Positions 1 through 14,000 of a stretch of DNA of 64,000 bases are shown in pieces (positions within the stretch are counted from its first letter, which is position 1; every line of letters begins with the position of its first letter). Origin of the DNA: Chrysomallon squamiferum (taxonomy: Eukaryota > Animalia > Mollusca); contig CM022674.1 in NCBI GenBank assembly GCA_012295275.1, forward strand, positions 9,548,001 through 9,612,000. Direction: 5' to 3'. The position numbers were made by a program, and so were the translations under genes. The notes under the pieces were generated by a model. It ran no database searches. It worked only from the letters and a program-made list of their open reading frames with translations, and was not told where the DNA came from.

Positions 1-2410
1 GATAACGTTATCATACATAACACTATTCATCTGACTATTTAACTCAGTTAACTTTACATTGCATAAACAGTAATTTTCTAATGCAGCCTCTCTTCTAATT
101 AATTTTATCTGGTTAATTATCTGTGGGATAAACTTACTGTACTAATATCACTTAGGCAACAGTATATTTTATTTGTCATGACCATTCATTTGTATCGCAC
201 AGATAAAAGCTATGTTTGTTAATAACAAATATTTGTGGGCGAGTATGTTTTCCACGTTAAACTTCCACGCACGTGCAGTTTAATTTCATTTTTATAATTA
301 TATCTGTAATACATTATTCTCTGTACTGTAATCCTACTGTTTATGATTGTCATTGTTAATACGCAGTAATAAAATGGTGCTTATGAAAAATACATTATTT
401 AATAAATTTATCATAATTATTGTTGATTATGATTGAAATTATGAATAAATGTACATTTTTTTTTAATGAAGTTCCATTGATAAATACATTTATGTTTATT
501 AATTAATTGTCAATGAAATTAATGATCTAAATAGTATCATTTTTTTATTTTGTTTATATGCAAAAGTAAAAAATACTTTGATTACAAATTTCCCATTGTT
601 TGCCTGCATTACATATAAGTCAGATACTACTATATAGGGTTCATATTGAAAGTAAATAAATAAAAGAAATAAACACAATATTCTTTTTAATAATCAAAAC
701 AATATTCTGCAAGTAACAAATAAAGCAAGCAAACAATACATTTTTGTTAAAAACTATAGTCTGAAGTAAGAGAAAACATAGTAAATTATAAAATGTTATA
801 TCTGGTCAATCATAATGATCCATAAATAATAATAATAATAAATAAATAAATAAAAAAACATAATAATAAAATAAATAAATAAATAAATAAAATAAAATAA
901 TAGAAATTTTAGAAACATTCAGCAATTATCTTGTGACAATTTGTCAAATTTAAAAAAAAAAAAAAATTCCAACCATTTTCATTAGAATTTATTCATAAGA
1001 TTTCTTTTATTTGCAGGAGCCAGTTCTCTTGCCTGTGATCTACGATCTCGCCAGTGCAATTCCTGATAATTTTAACCAAGAGTTCCAATTATCACAATTT
1101 ACTCCTAATAACTTAATATTATAGAAAAACTATAAAATTAAAAACGAATGTAATTATGGATAAAACACAAATAAAACTACCACTAATAAATACAGAAGCA
1201 AATACTGAATGTAAAACTATTAACATGAAAAGTGCTGTTAAAACATTATGCACACCCGATGATTCTTTTATTACACAAACAATGTTTAAATTATTGAATA
1301 CACAAGTATACATTTAGATGTGAAACATGTATTATTTGTGTGTGAGTTTAAAAGTTTGAGCATATGAACGGTCAATGATGAATTATTAGAAAAAAAGGTG
1401 AGGGGAAAGGAAGATAAAAAGAAAAAGTATGAAAAAATGATATATATATATATATACTTTATTAGGTACTGGCGTCCTCACTGCGCAGCTGCCCGCAAGG
1501 GCTGAATCTGTTTAAAATTACTGTCTTTTCCACGCTCGGCACAGACACATTATTGTTCAAAGAAGCTTGTAGTGTGTAACATTTCCTCTTTCCAATGCAC
1601 TGTTTGTTTTTGCTTCGATGAAGAGTTGCGTTACGAGACTTCCTATGCGTTTGAAAATTCACATGGCTTCCTTTCTGTCGTCCTGCGGTTTCCCTTTTGA
1701 ATAAGAAGACTTATTCTTAAGTGGATGGATTTCCATTCAAAAAGACAATAATCTTTTTTAAATCCAGCAAAAATTTTTTTCTGAACCTATGGAAACAAGT
1801 GTTTGAATTGAAAATTGTCTATCTTTTCGAGAAGAAAATCCCCAATCAAATATAATTTCTGAAAAGATCGGTTTCTGCGTTTTGTAATGGACACTGAGAT
1901 TATTCTGATGATATCACTTTGAAATCGTGGGACCATTAAACTTCATTCACTTGTTCGTCAGAAACTAACTTCGACATCGATCAACGTTATCACTAAGCAA
2001 GTGGATGACAATGAGCGTTGAACGTGTATTAAGTCTTACCTTGAAATAATTAATGAAGCGATACATGTACAGGAAAGTTTTAATTTTTTGTTTTATGTTG
2101 TTGTTGGTAGCTCATATTGGAGCAGTTTGTCTAGAAAAATAAACAATCTTTATGTTAAATGCCTGGAACCTGTGCATTTTCATTCTTATGGAATATATGA
2201 ACTGACAAAAAAATATGCGTGTGTGTGTATGTGTATGTGTGTGTGTGTGAGAGAGTGCTTTTCTTTCTTTTTACATTTGTAAGTTTTGGGGTTTTTTTTG
2301 TAGCTTTCTTTTTGCAACAAGATCTGTAACATATGGAAAAATGACAGTTATACTTTCAAACTTAAATTTTGTGTGCCAGTACCTAATTATATCTATCTAT
2401 CTATATATCA

Positions 2411-2454
<44 letters not shown>

Positions 2455-2525
2455 GTACATGTATATATATATATGGACGTTTAAAGATTTTGCGGCTTAA
2501 CTGTAAATTTACAAGAGCTTTATGT

Positions 2526-2562
<37 letters not shown>

Positions 2563-3457
2563 ATTATACAAAACTACTTTAAATTTGATATTGTGTCGCA
2601 TACGTATAAAAAAAAACTGCAAAACATTAATTTTAAATTTATATTATTTCGGTAATATTTTTGAGTATTTTGTGCTACATTGCTTGTTCCGTAATTAAAA
2701 ATTTTCTGCAAGATTTATTTTCACTGAATGCAATATATATAAATACATCTAAATTTTATTATTTTTAAGCGATGTTAGACTGAAGAAAAATTTAACTGAC
2801 ACAAAGTAATTAACTCAAAAAGAAAGAAAAACATTAATTACCAAAATAATAAGATCACCAGAGATAAAAATGTATAAACCCATAATTACACTTTTGCAAT
2901 TTAAATTTAAAAATACTAGTATGTACAGAATTGTCCAACATTATCCTTAATAAATATTTACAATTACAATTAAATAATAATAATAAGAAGAAGAAGAAGA
3001 AGAAGACAAAAGATTAAATTATCATTAATTAGAAAGGTGTTATTCAGAGTTCAAACATAGTTCGTACTAGCAATACATTGCAATATTCTAAATCGATATA
3101 AATAAATAAATAAATAAATAAATAAGTAAATAAATCTAAACGTGTATGTTGCTAATGTCGGGAAATAATTTACAGGAGACACAACGTGCTGGGGTCCCTG
3201 GCTCTAAAAAATTTGAAATTTTATTAAAACTTACGAGCTGACAATAAATAATACAGTTATCTCCCTGAACTATAAAGCTCGATCGTCTAAATCCGAGTTA
3301 AAATAAACAAATATTAAAAAAACAATCATAAACGAAAGAAATTGTTTCTATCGTTCCCACATATTTTTTCAGCATATTTAGATTATTTTACATTACTCTC
3401 TTTTAATAAGAGAACAATTATGAAAACTACAAAATAAACGTAGGCACTGATTTAAAT

Positions 3458-3488
<31 letters not shown>

Positions 3489-3726
3489 TTTTTGTTTGTT
3501 TTTATGCTGTAATAAAATGTATGTCATCTTTTCTTTAGAATATTATAAGTATTAATGTTTCTTTTGTTTTTAAAATTTATTTTATTTTATTATTATTCTT
3601 TTTTTTTCATTTTTTTTAACCATAAACCTATCATTTAATCTCAGTATCCAGAAGATGAATTTTTAAAAAACAAAAATGTGAACTGAATGTTATTTAAAAT
3701 GTAATTTCACATTTGAGATATGAAAA

Positions 3727-6303
3727 TCACCAAACTCCACACTTCTCTTTAGGATTCATGGGTGAACCAAGCGGACAGTTAAATTCCATGGAGAAATACT
3801 TGGAGTTTGACACTGAGCCAATGACTCTGAAACAAAACAGAAAATGGCAAACTGGAACTGAACTTCATACAACACATTTTTGTTTAATCTGTAAATATAA
3901 AGAGAAATTTTCTTAATTTAATTGCAAGTTTGAAATAAAATAAATTAAATCTATCTGTCTGTCTCTGTCTATCTATCTATCTATCTATCTAATCTATCTC
4001 TATCCATCTATCTATCTATGTATCTATCCATCTATCTATCTATCCATCCATCCATCTATATGTCTATCTATTTATCAGCCTGTCTGTTGTCTATCTATCT
4101 ATCTGTCTGTCTATCTGTCTGCTTATGTTACCGTTAGAAGGTGAACTTAATGCAATAACTGTTATTATTTACCTGTACATGCCGGGTGTGTGTGGGTCAG
4201 TGAGGATTTGGTTGTGTGTGGCGGCGGGAGTACTGAGAGAACACCAACCCTTAAGGAAAATACATTTCAGAATTAAATTACATTTAGTTATTTAAATAAA
4301 TATGTAAACAGATTACAGTCAAATGCATAAATATATAGTGAAGTGGATGATAAAAAGAATTAATATAAAGCTATGCCTATGAGACGATTTACTTACCTGA
4401 GCAAAGTTCACGAAAAATAATTGTCCATGTGTTAAATTCAGACCAGGAAGAAGTTTCTCTGGTTCTTTATCTTTTAACCACGTCTGAAAGGCCTGTAATT
4501 TTAATTATAAAATTAATCTATGTTAATGTCAGTAAGTGTCGTTAAAAAACGACTAAAATAATTAATTATAAATATAAGGAACTGATACAATAAAAAAAAA
4601 CTATAAAAGAAGACATTTTATTATAATAAATTTATTTGTATTTTCTTATTTGTCGGTTGTTCCTTGAATAGGTTTTCTAAAACTGAAAACCTAACAGATT
4701 AGTGTAAGCTATACACATTTTCCAAACATCAGTTACACAATATTTCACTAGATTTTAGATAAATCCGTGAAGATTAAAAAAAGAGAACAACCTTGTAAGA
4801 AGCCTTCAAACCACCATTGTCAGCCATGTTCTCTCCAAGAGTTTGCTTTCCTCTGATCTGTAAATGAATGAGGAAAACAAAATCAGAATATAGTAGGGGA
4901 AAAGTAAATAAATCAATAAGATAAAATAAGATAAAAATAACAAAGATTTAGCCTCAAAAAGATATATTCAGCCACTGACTGTAATACTATAGAAATAAAT
5001 GGTTTATGTAATCTTTAATATTTGTTTTCTTCAGTTTATTATTTACCCAAACTGTTCAAGTTATTCATAAATTATCTTTCTTTGCTGCGAAATAATTGTG
5101 ATTATTAAACGTACAAAATCGCCGTTGATCTGATACTTAGAATACTGATCAATCAAACACTGAGCCTTGTTTGTAAATTTCTCCTTCGAGGAAACAGTCC
5201 ACCAGTTGTCAATATTGCCATGTTCATCAAACTGACTCCCTGAAATATACAAAAAAATAAATAAATAAAAAATAAAAAAATAAAAAAAATAAAAAATAAA
5301 ATAAATATGTGTGTGTGTGTGTGTGTAATCTCAACTGGCCTTAGTTGCTTTTTATTGTAATATTACTATATTTGTTATCCTCTTATTGCTGAGATATATT
5401 TATATTAATAACAATAATAATATCGTTTTGAAAAAATACTTATTTAAAGACAGATCCCACATATTTATCAAGCACGTATGGCAATCGTAAATGATGGAAT
5501 ATTTAAAACAAATACTGATTACTAATTAAATTTGTTTAAAGTATCTAAAATATAAATAAATATAAAACTAACTACTAAATAAATAAATGAATAATGATCG
5601 CAGATAAACAACAACAGGTGTTACCTTCATCATCAAAGCCATGCGTGATTTCATGTCCAATAACAACACCAATACCTCCAAACATCAAAGACCTGAAGAA
5701 AAATAATAATGGACAAAACTGAAACTGTTATTCTTAAACAACTAATCGACTTTAGAATCTTCAAAGAAGTGAATTAAATTGAGAAAATAATGCAAGTAAC
5801 TTACATTGGATAGTCTTTGTTGTAGAACGGAGGCTGTAAGATGGCGGCTGGAAAAGCTGAAAAACAAAATAATAGAGGATCGTTTAATTTTTATGTAAAC
5901 AATTACACATTTTAAAGAATATATTCATTTTACTATATTGTTTGGTTTTTAACTATTATTTATTTTGTTTTTACAATACAAAAATAAAGATAACAATCAT
6001 ATTCATACTTATCGCATTTCTGTTAGAGCTGTAGAAGGCATTCACGACGGCGGGGTAAGTTGTCCATCTACAATAATAAACAGTTTGTGTGAAGGTTAAT
6101 TTGTAGTGAAAGTAAGTGACTATGAAATCATGACAATAAAAACTGGTGACTTACTGTTCAATATCAACAGGTTGTCTCAAGTACCAGGCAGAATCTTTGA
6201 AGATATATCTTAAATTGGCGATGACATTTTCAAAGTATTTATCTGGATAAAACTCCACCTTGAAATGAAAAGAAACTATATTACTAATCCATAAGTGCTG
6301 TCA

Positions 6304-6356
<53 letters not shown>

Positions 6357-7720
6357 GACGTACACATAGGCATTTTTATTATAGATGCCTATTGTCTTCA
6401 GAAACATTTTACGGGCTTTCTCGTAAATTATTTTGTATATCAAAACATGCACAGTTTTATTAAACCACTAATTTGTCGGAAGTACACGGGCAAATATATT
6501 TTTATTAAATCACTAAATATGTTTCGAGTAGACTGATAAGCACCAATTTATTCAGTCACTCTTTGTGTCGTCGAACAAGAACAGATTTATTAAATCACTA
6601 AATATGTCACGAGCTGACTTACAAGTAGTTTTATTAAATCACTAATTAAAACGATTAGTCTGAAAAACAATTTTATTAAATAACTATCTGTCGCAGGAAG
6701 ATTAGTGCGTACAGTTTTATTTAATGACTAATTAAGTAGATAGCCAAAAACACTTTTACAAATTTGGATATAAATAATGAATAAAATACTTACATCGCGA
6801 TATATTTCATTCAAAGCTGTGTCATTTAGTAAATCGTCATAATATCCTATTTTTGTCATTATTGTACGTGCCTGTAATAATAATAATATTTTCGAAGTCA
6901 GGTGAAACTAAAATATTTCTTCTGCTTCTTTTTCTTCTTCTTATTTTAATATAGTGTATTAAAAAAATAAATTAAAATAAATAGCAATAATAACAAAACA
7001 AAACCGTTAAACAACAATACACGACTATTTATTAAGGTACATCTTATGAATAAAAAGAAAGTATTTGTTGTTGAACACATTGAATGATATTAGAACGAAT
7101 AAAACATTTTCATACATTCTTACTGGAGAATTAAATATTTTAACTTGTATTTTGTTTATTTATGGCTATAAAAAAAAAAGCCAGTGGCGTAGCTAGCCAG
7201 AGTGAGCGCCGCCCGGGAAACCCCATAAACTTGCTCGGGCCCCTGCGTTTCTCAAAAAATTGTCCTGGAGTGCCGCCATTAATTTGTACTTTCCGAAATT
7301 ATTGATTATTCTAAAAAAGAATTCTTACTTTGTTATTTTTTTTATTAAGGTCTTCTCTTTTTTTTCATCTCTAGAAATTATTTTATCGTTATTGTTGTCG
7401 TTCTTCCTCTTTTTTATCAATATTATTCTTTGAAAAGTTGTTAATCTCTTTATTAAACTAGTTTTGACAGGATCCTTGCTATTTTTCTTTTTCTTTCTTT
7501 CATTGTTAAAATGTATTTTATTTATTTATTTATTTATTTTTATTTATTTATTAAGAAATATTAATTATATAATTTACCTTACTAAGGGCTTTATTCCTTG
7601 TTTGTTCATCCATCCAGTCAGCTTCTTTAAGTATGTTGTTGAACGATTTTCTGAGATAGCCAATCATATTTAAAGCCTACAGAGAAAGCAATACACTATA
7701 AATGACTATTGTGGACCGGA

Positions 7721-7751
<31 letters not shown>

Positions 7752-10700
7752 TTTCTAGATACAGCAATGAATATTATTACCAAGTCCTTGTCCAAATAAT
7801 GATTTACAAATCTTCTTGTGATTCAAATATAATCTTGAATGCTAACGTGTTTAAGCATTAGTTAATAATTAACCAAACATAGTAACATATTACATAGATA
7901 TATTTAAAGTAGCATATTTATATCTCTCTTTCACTCCATTTCAGCTTTATACACTTTAAAGTTACTATACATTTTCTTTTGCTTCTTTGGTAAAGTAACT
8001 GTCGATAAAAAGCCTTCCTACAGCATCGCCCATGTTGTTGTTCACGTAACTTGTACATGTCCGCCATTTTGGTGGTTCACGCTTCTGACCATAAGCAAGC
8101 TGAAATAACAATAGCAGCAACACCAACACCAATACAGCATCATCAATAAAGTAACATCAACATGAAACCCTTTAAGTTTAGAAAACCTAGGCGTGAATCT
8201 AGGCTAATGCACTACCATACGAATGTTGATATTTGTTCATTTTTTGTTAACAGATGTGGATATTCTGTTACAAACGTCTACAGAGCAATCAAGCAACAGC
8301 GAAGTTATTTCTGTTTCAAAGCTTGTGAAATATGCATAGAAACAACAGTGAAACATGATACAACATACGTTTGGCCCGGGATCTAGATAAACTTTTATAA
8401 ATGATCCTAAAATGAATTCTACGTCGCGGGAGTTGTTGATATGCACTAATTCATGTTTCCACAGTTACTCCGTAAGCCACGCCCCCTTAGTTTCTGTTGC
8501 TACGTCCCGTAAGCTATCACCCAAAATGGCGGAATCGGTAGTAGACGGCGTAGCTGATCTAAAAAGTATTCCAGATGTTGTGTGGATTTCATATCTTCCT
8601 GAGAGTTCAGGCCTTTCCAGAAAAGCACAAGAGAAAGATTTACATTATTTTACGCAAGGCTACATCCACGATATAAACACTGATATTGCGGTATGGTTTA
8701 TTTTTATAAAAAAAAGAAAAAAAAAGTAACAAACCAAAATATAACAAATGACACAAGTGCCTTAAAGCTACATTGTCAAGACTACTTATAATAGCAGAAC
8801 ATTTTACAATAGATCGCCCAACTGTTTAGTTGAATTCACCCCACAGACCAGTTTTGGTCATATGCATCTCACAAACACAACACAGGTTTTTTTTGTTGGT
8901 TTTTTACACTGTATGTGGGTCCATTGGGCCATTTCTTGTTCCAGCAGTGCACCATGACTGGTATATACTTCTCTGTCTGTGGGATGATATTGCTAATCAA
9001 AATTAGTAGCCCATGAAGTGGCAATGGCAGGTTTCCTCTCTCAGTATAGAGTGGTCCTTAACCATATGTCCATATAACAGTAAATAAAATGTGTTGAGAG
9101 TGTCATGAAATAAAACATTTCTTTCTTCTTTTTTTTGTCGATTCAGTGGCTGTATGTAATCATGTATATTATTTCATATTTAGGTAATTCGTAAATAGCA
9201 TCTGTATGTATTATTATTATTTGAAAACATGTTCATGTTTATAAATGACTTTCTTTTTGATAGTGTGGTCGTCCGCATAATCGAATCCATTTTAAACATT
9301 TTTGTTGTGTTTTCGACTTCGGAAACGGTATAAATGTCAAATGCCATGAATGTTACCCAAGCATATCGCTAGATGTACAACTGAACTAAACAACGATCAA
9401 CAAAATATCCACTCTTGAGGGACAACACGGAGTCCGAAAATAAAATATTATCGGTTGTGGAAATGTCGTGCTTTGATTGGTTGAAGTTCCGAAGTGCGTG
9501 ACACCTGTGTAAACGGGAATTAGGATCTGGTTACGTCTCGGTACTCGTTAATTGCCTCTTTACCTGCTTTGCAGTGTTTGCAGTCAAAAGGTAACAACGA
9601 AATAATCTCGTTTTAGTGGTTATGTTACAACTAAATAAAATAAAACAAAATTTTAAAATGATATACAATAACAACCTAAGTTTTAACGGCTCTGGTGTAC
9701 ATTTTTCTACCTGGACATCGTCGGTTTGTGTGTCTGTATCTCTGTATCTATGCCTATTAATATAACAAACTTAAATTTAAAAAACAATTTTACCCGAACT
9801 TCGGTAATACATAATCGACAATTCATTTTGAACAAAAAAACTATGCAGTAAAGACAGTATGACAGTAACAGCGCGTACAACTATTACAAGGTACACAAGA
9901 AATTAAATGTTCTAAGAGAAGTATATACATAACAGAACAACAAAACACAGAATAAGTAAATAAATAAATAAAATAGCAATAAAAAAGAAAGAAATAATGA
10001 AAAATGAAGAAGGAAAGCAAATGAAGGTGATTTATTTTAAGTAATATTTCCCTTGATTCATGCTTCTTTCAGCTGAAATGCAAAAGTTCTCCAGTGTGGT
10101 CAGTGTACTTCATGTCTGTGATGTTGAAGTTGATTAACTCGACTTTCAAAGATCGGATTCTGTCATCGGTAGCGCATATTTTCGTTTCGGAGCTTGCCAG
10201 GGACCAGCTAACTGTTGTAGCTTGACTTATACTGTAGACTGATCACGTTTTAACAGACCTACCACTTCAGATATGTTCGGTTGACTCTTCTGGGCGATTA
10301 ATCGATTTTATGGTGCTATTCTTCCAAATGGCTATTTCTGCGGTGACTGTCATTGCCAACGTGGATCAACATTTCTGGAGTCTATGGTCCTTCTATCCAG
10401 GTGCTAGTGACGTAGTTCATACTTTTTATCCTGGGGACTGTGGGCAATTGTGTCTGCATAAACGTCCTCAATTTTGTTGAGCGGAACAATCGGAAGGGCT
10501 GAAGCACGCCTTGTTGTCAGTGTGAAAATGTCTTGATGGGGCACTAAAATGATAAATTTCGGCTAGCAAACCGTTAGTCACAGCGTCATGGTTCTTCCTC
10601 AGATTGGATATTTCATAGTTTTCATCTAAGCCCGGTCAATGAGTTTTGCACCATGGTTGGGCTGCATCTGTTCTGCCATCTGCTGCATGTAGTCCGCAGT

Positions 10701-11000
10701 CACGACATAGGTTCTGCGCTGCTTGTTAGCCCATGTTCTTTTTCCATTCTTTTTGTTTTTATGCGAAATTTATGCTCGTTTATAATATAAATGCCTGCCA
10801 CCTCGTATTGTGTCAAAATAAGGCACTCGAACCTGTTCAGCAGCCATTATTTTAAATCTCAAAGCGTTTCTCTTTTCGATGCAAAATTATATTTAGATTA
10901 AACACGAAAAAACGTATAATGTGCAAGCGCCTGCTCAGACAAACACATAAAAATACTACCTTGGACGGTAATCCTTTGAAATCGCAGAGACCAATACAAG

Positions 11001-11038
<38 letters not shown>

Positions 11039-14000
11039 AATCCTCCCCAACAACAACAAAAAACAACAACCACAAACAAACAAACAAAACTACTGGGAAA
11101 TAAAAATAAAAAGCAATAATATGCGCTTACTCAAACAGCAGTGCTAGAATATGAACTCTTCTCATTTTGTTGATAAAGAAAACACAACTCACACTGCAAT
11201 GTTAACTTTGTAAACCAATTAGCTCCTTCTACTTCCCGGGACATTCATAGCTTGGCAAACCGGTAATATACAAAATAGGATTTCCTACATCCCGGGCCGA
11301 CACACGGAACTGAACTTTATTTACACTCAGGTCGTAGTCTACGGCATATCATGATACATTCATACAAAATCTCATATAATTATAAAAATTATTTAAAAAA
11401 TGGTTGATTTACAATAATGCACTAATGACAAAAATTATATACACTATATCAATATAACAGCCAGAGGATTTATAAAAATTCATTATTAGATAACAGAAAA
11501 TAGACATTTTCTGAGGACACCAGCTTTATAAGAGTTAAATATATAATGAAACTTACGAATACATGTTTTAGATTGGCAGAACAAAATAGTAAGTAACTGT
11601 TTCTTTGATTCTTAAAAAAAAATATATATAAATATATGATGAAATTCATCTCCGATGTTATAGTTATTACACATATTCTATTTTCTAAAGGTATATTTCT
11701 CTATCTTCCTGTTTCTATAGGAAGATTATGATTTGAACGTCTAAACCGAAAGTATTTTTAAATTAAAACTCAACACACATGTATTACTCAGTAGATTATT
11801 ATTAAAACAGTTGAACACTTACCCTGTTGTATTCTTTTTGCAAATCTCTATGTTTTTCTTCTAAATTGTTCACCCTATTTTGCATTATCCGCCATATAAG
11901 ATAATTTGCCAATGTTCTGTAGTTATAAAAAGAATTTTTATGATATGCAAATTTGTAAAACACAGTATATTTTACTCAGTTAACTGAGCGAGGAATGAAA
12001 AGAGATGTTTATATAATGCTCTGTTAAAGTGATTTAATATTGTTTGCTTACAACTCCTTTTAGATAAATATCTTTGTTTTTATGTACTATTTTGCATTTT
12101 TGATATTATTATAGACTGAATTAATATGCAGAAAATGTTATTATATTTATTTGTATATGTCTGAGTGTGTCCGTTTTTTTTTTTTTTTTTTTTTTTTTTT
12201 TGGAGTGGTTGTAGATGGGTGTGTGTGCGTAATTGATTAAAAGTCTCACTTTTTATTGGTGTTCCGTACAAGTGTTAGAACTTTCTTAAAATATCCAGGT
12301 GTGTAGACAACAACGTTTTCACTTTGATCAATTGTGATATTATGAAACGGCTGGTACATGTTCTGCAGATAATATAACCAGTCTAGCTGAAAAAACCATA
12401 AAGTGTATTCATAATAATCAAACATAAGTGCGTGACTTAGTATCATTTTGATTATCAAGTGCAGTAAAAGGTGACGTCGAACTAACTGGAACAGTTTCGT
12501 GGTCTTGCATATTCTGTGTGTTCTTAATATGAATCATTGTAGATTGTACGTTATTTTTATGTTATAGTTCTGTCTTTAAAATTATATAATCAACAATGGA
12601 TTACTTTATTTATGTTTGTCACTTTTCTTAACTGTATTAATCTATGAATTGTACATTTGAGACCCATATTTTAATTTTGACAATATTCTTTCCTGTTACT
12701 CTTTAAAAACTAAACAATCCTAACAAATCCTAATTTATATATGAAAAGGAAAATTATTTTGATTCTTTAGAAAGTACAAAATGTTTACATTCAATAAAAA
12801 ATTATTATTACTATTATAATGCTGTTGTTGTTGTTGCTGCTGTTGTTGTTGCTATTGCAGTTGTTATAGCATTATAGCTCCACTGAAAATACAGTTATAT
12901 AGACATAAAAAATAAAAAAATTACCTGAGGAATTTCTTTCTGAAGTTCAGCTATTGTAAATTTGTTGTATAACTTATTCATGTCTCGTCTTTCCTCTCTT
13001 GAAAGTGTAAACTGTAAAAGAAAATAGCATTTCTCGTTCAGAAAGACAGTTATTCATTATGTATGTTAAAACAACAACAATACTACTACTAATAATAATA
13101 ACAAATATTAATATAATATGTATTTTTTGAACCCGCAGACCAGCTTTTTTTTTGTATATTAATATATCCTTATTATTCACTGATTTCAAGGATGTCTCGA
13201 AACATTCAAACAAATTAAAAACAAAAATAACAACACAAAACAAAACAAAGCCAATCAAAATTACACAAAAACATTAACATGTGAGGGACTCAGTTTATTC
13301 ACATTTCTTACATTTGCAATTTTTATTTCCAGATCCACGACATATTTTGCTTGCTTTGCCGTCTCCGAGTTGTCATCAGCCCCAAACAACACAGCAACGT
13401 TGTAAATTAACTTCTCGTAAGCCAAGATGATAGGATTATCTCTGGGCTTTAGAAAAAAATCACGTGATGGCATACCAAGGTCAGCTTGGTCAAGCTACAA
13501 CAGAAGGATATTTATAAATGTTTTAAAATGTGTTAGCATTATGTTTTATGAATAATTTTAGATAAGATATTGCTTTCTGTTCAAGGCGGAACTGTGTTTA
13601 TTATTCTCTCTTTAGAAAACAAATAAAACAAGCGATACACTCATTCCGTGTAGGGCCAAACCCGAACAAAAAATAAATAAATAAAAAATTTAAAAAGTAA
13701 AAAATATAAAAATAATAATAATAATAAATAACATAATAAACAATAACTTTTATGTTGTTTTAATTTTTCACTTTAATGTATACTAAGAAGTGATGACTTC
13801 AAAAAAATGGAATGTTTTATCTCGCCTCTAAAAATAATTTTGAACAGTTATTAATTAGTGTACAGTTTAGGCCATAAGTATGTTATTACTAAGATAGTTG
13901 GATACAAACGAATAAAACAATAAATATGAATATATATATAGCAACTGACATATGATAGCCTTAAAATTGAATGGAATATTCAGCTATTTTGTAAGTTTGT

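Larger units (their letters stand above)
8373..11298. mobile_element. Putative composite or nested DNA transposon bounded by inverted repeats
   Basis: GGCCCGGGATCTAG (8373-8386) is the reverse complement of CTACATCCCGGGCC (11285-11298) at 13/14 positions. The interval is CpG-richer than its surroundings and holds a plus-strand ORF remnant (from 8526), a SINE and the MULE remnant. No clean TSD seen. Confidence 0.45.

Noticed and set aside
1017-1124. Possible terminal exon of an upstream plus-strand gene (EPVLLPVIYDLASAIPDNF…*) after a ttgcag acceptor
   Set aside because: Frame is ambiguous, there is no recognisable homology and no partner exon in the window.
1462-2040. GC-richer patch with a 66-aa ORF and possible splice sites
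   Set aside because: No recognisable protein in any frame; could be UTR or repeat.
6455-6735. CRISPR array
   Set aside because: Eukaryotic intron, no cas genes, short AT-rich non-palindromic core, and spacers related to each other; kept only as a degenerate tandem array.
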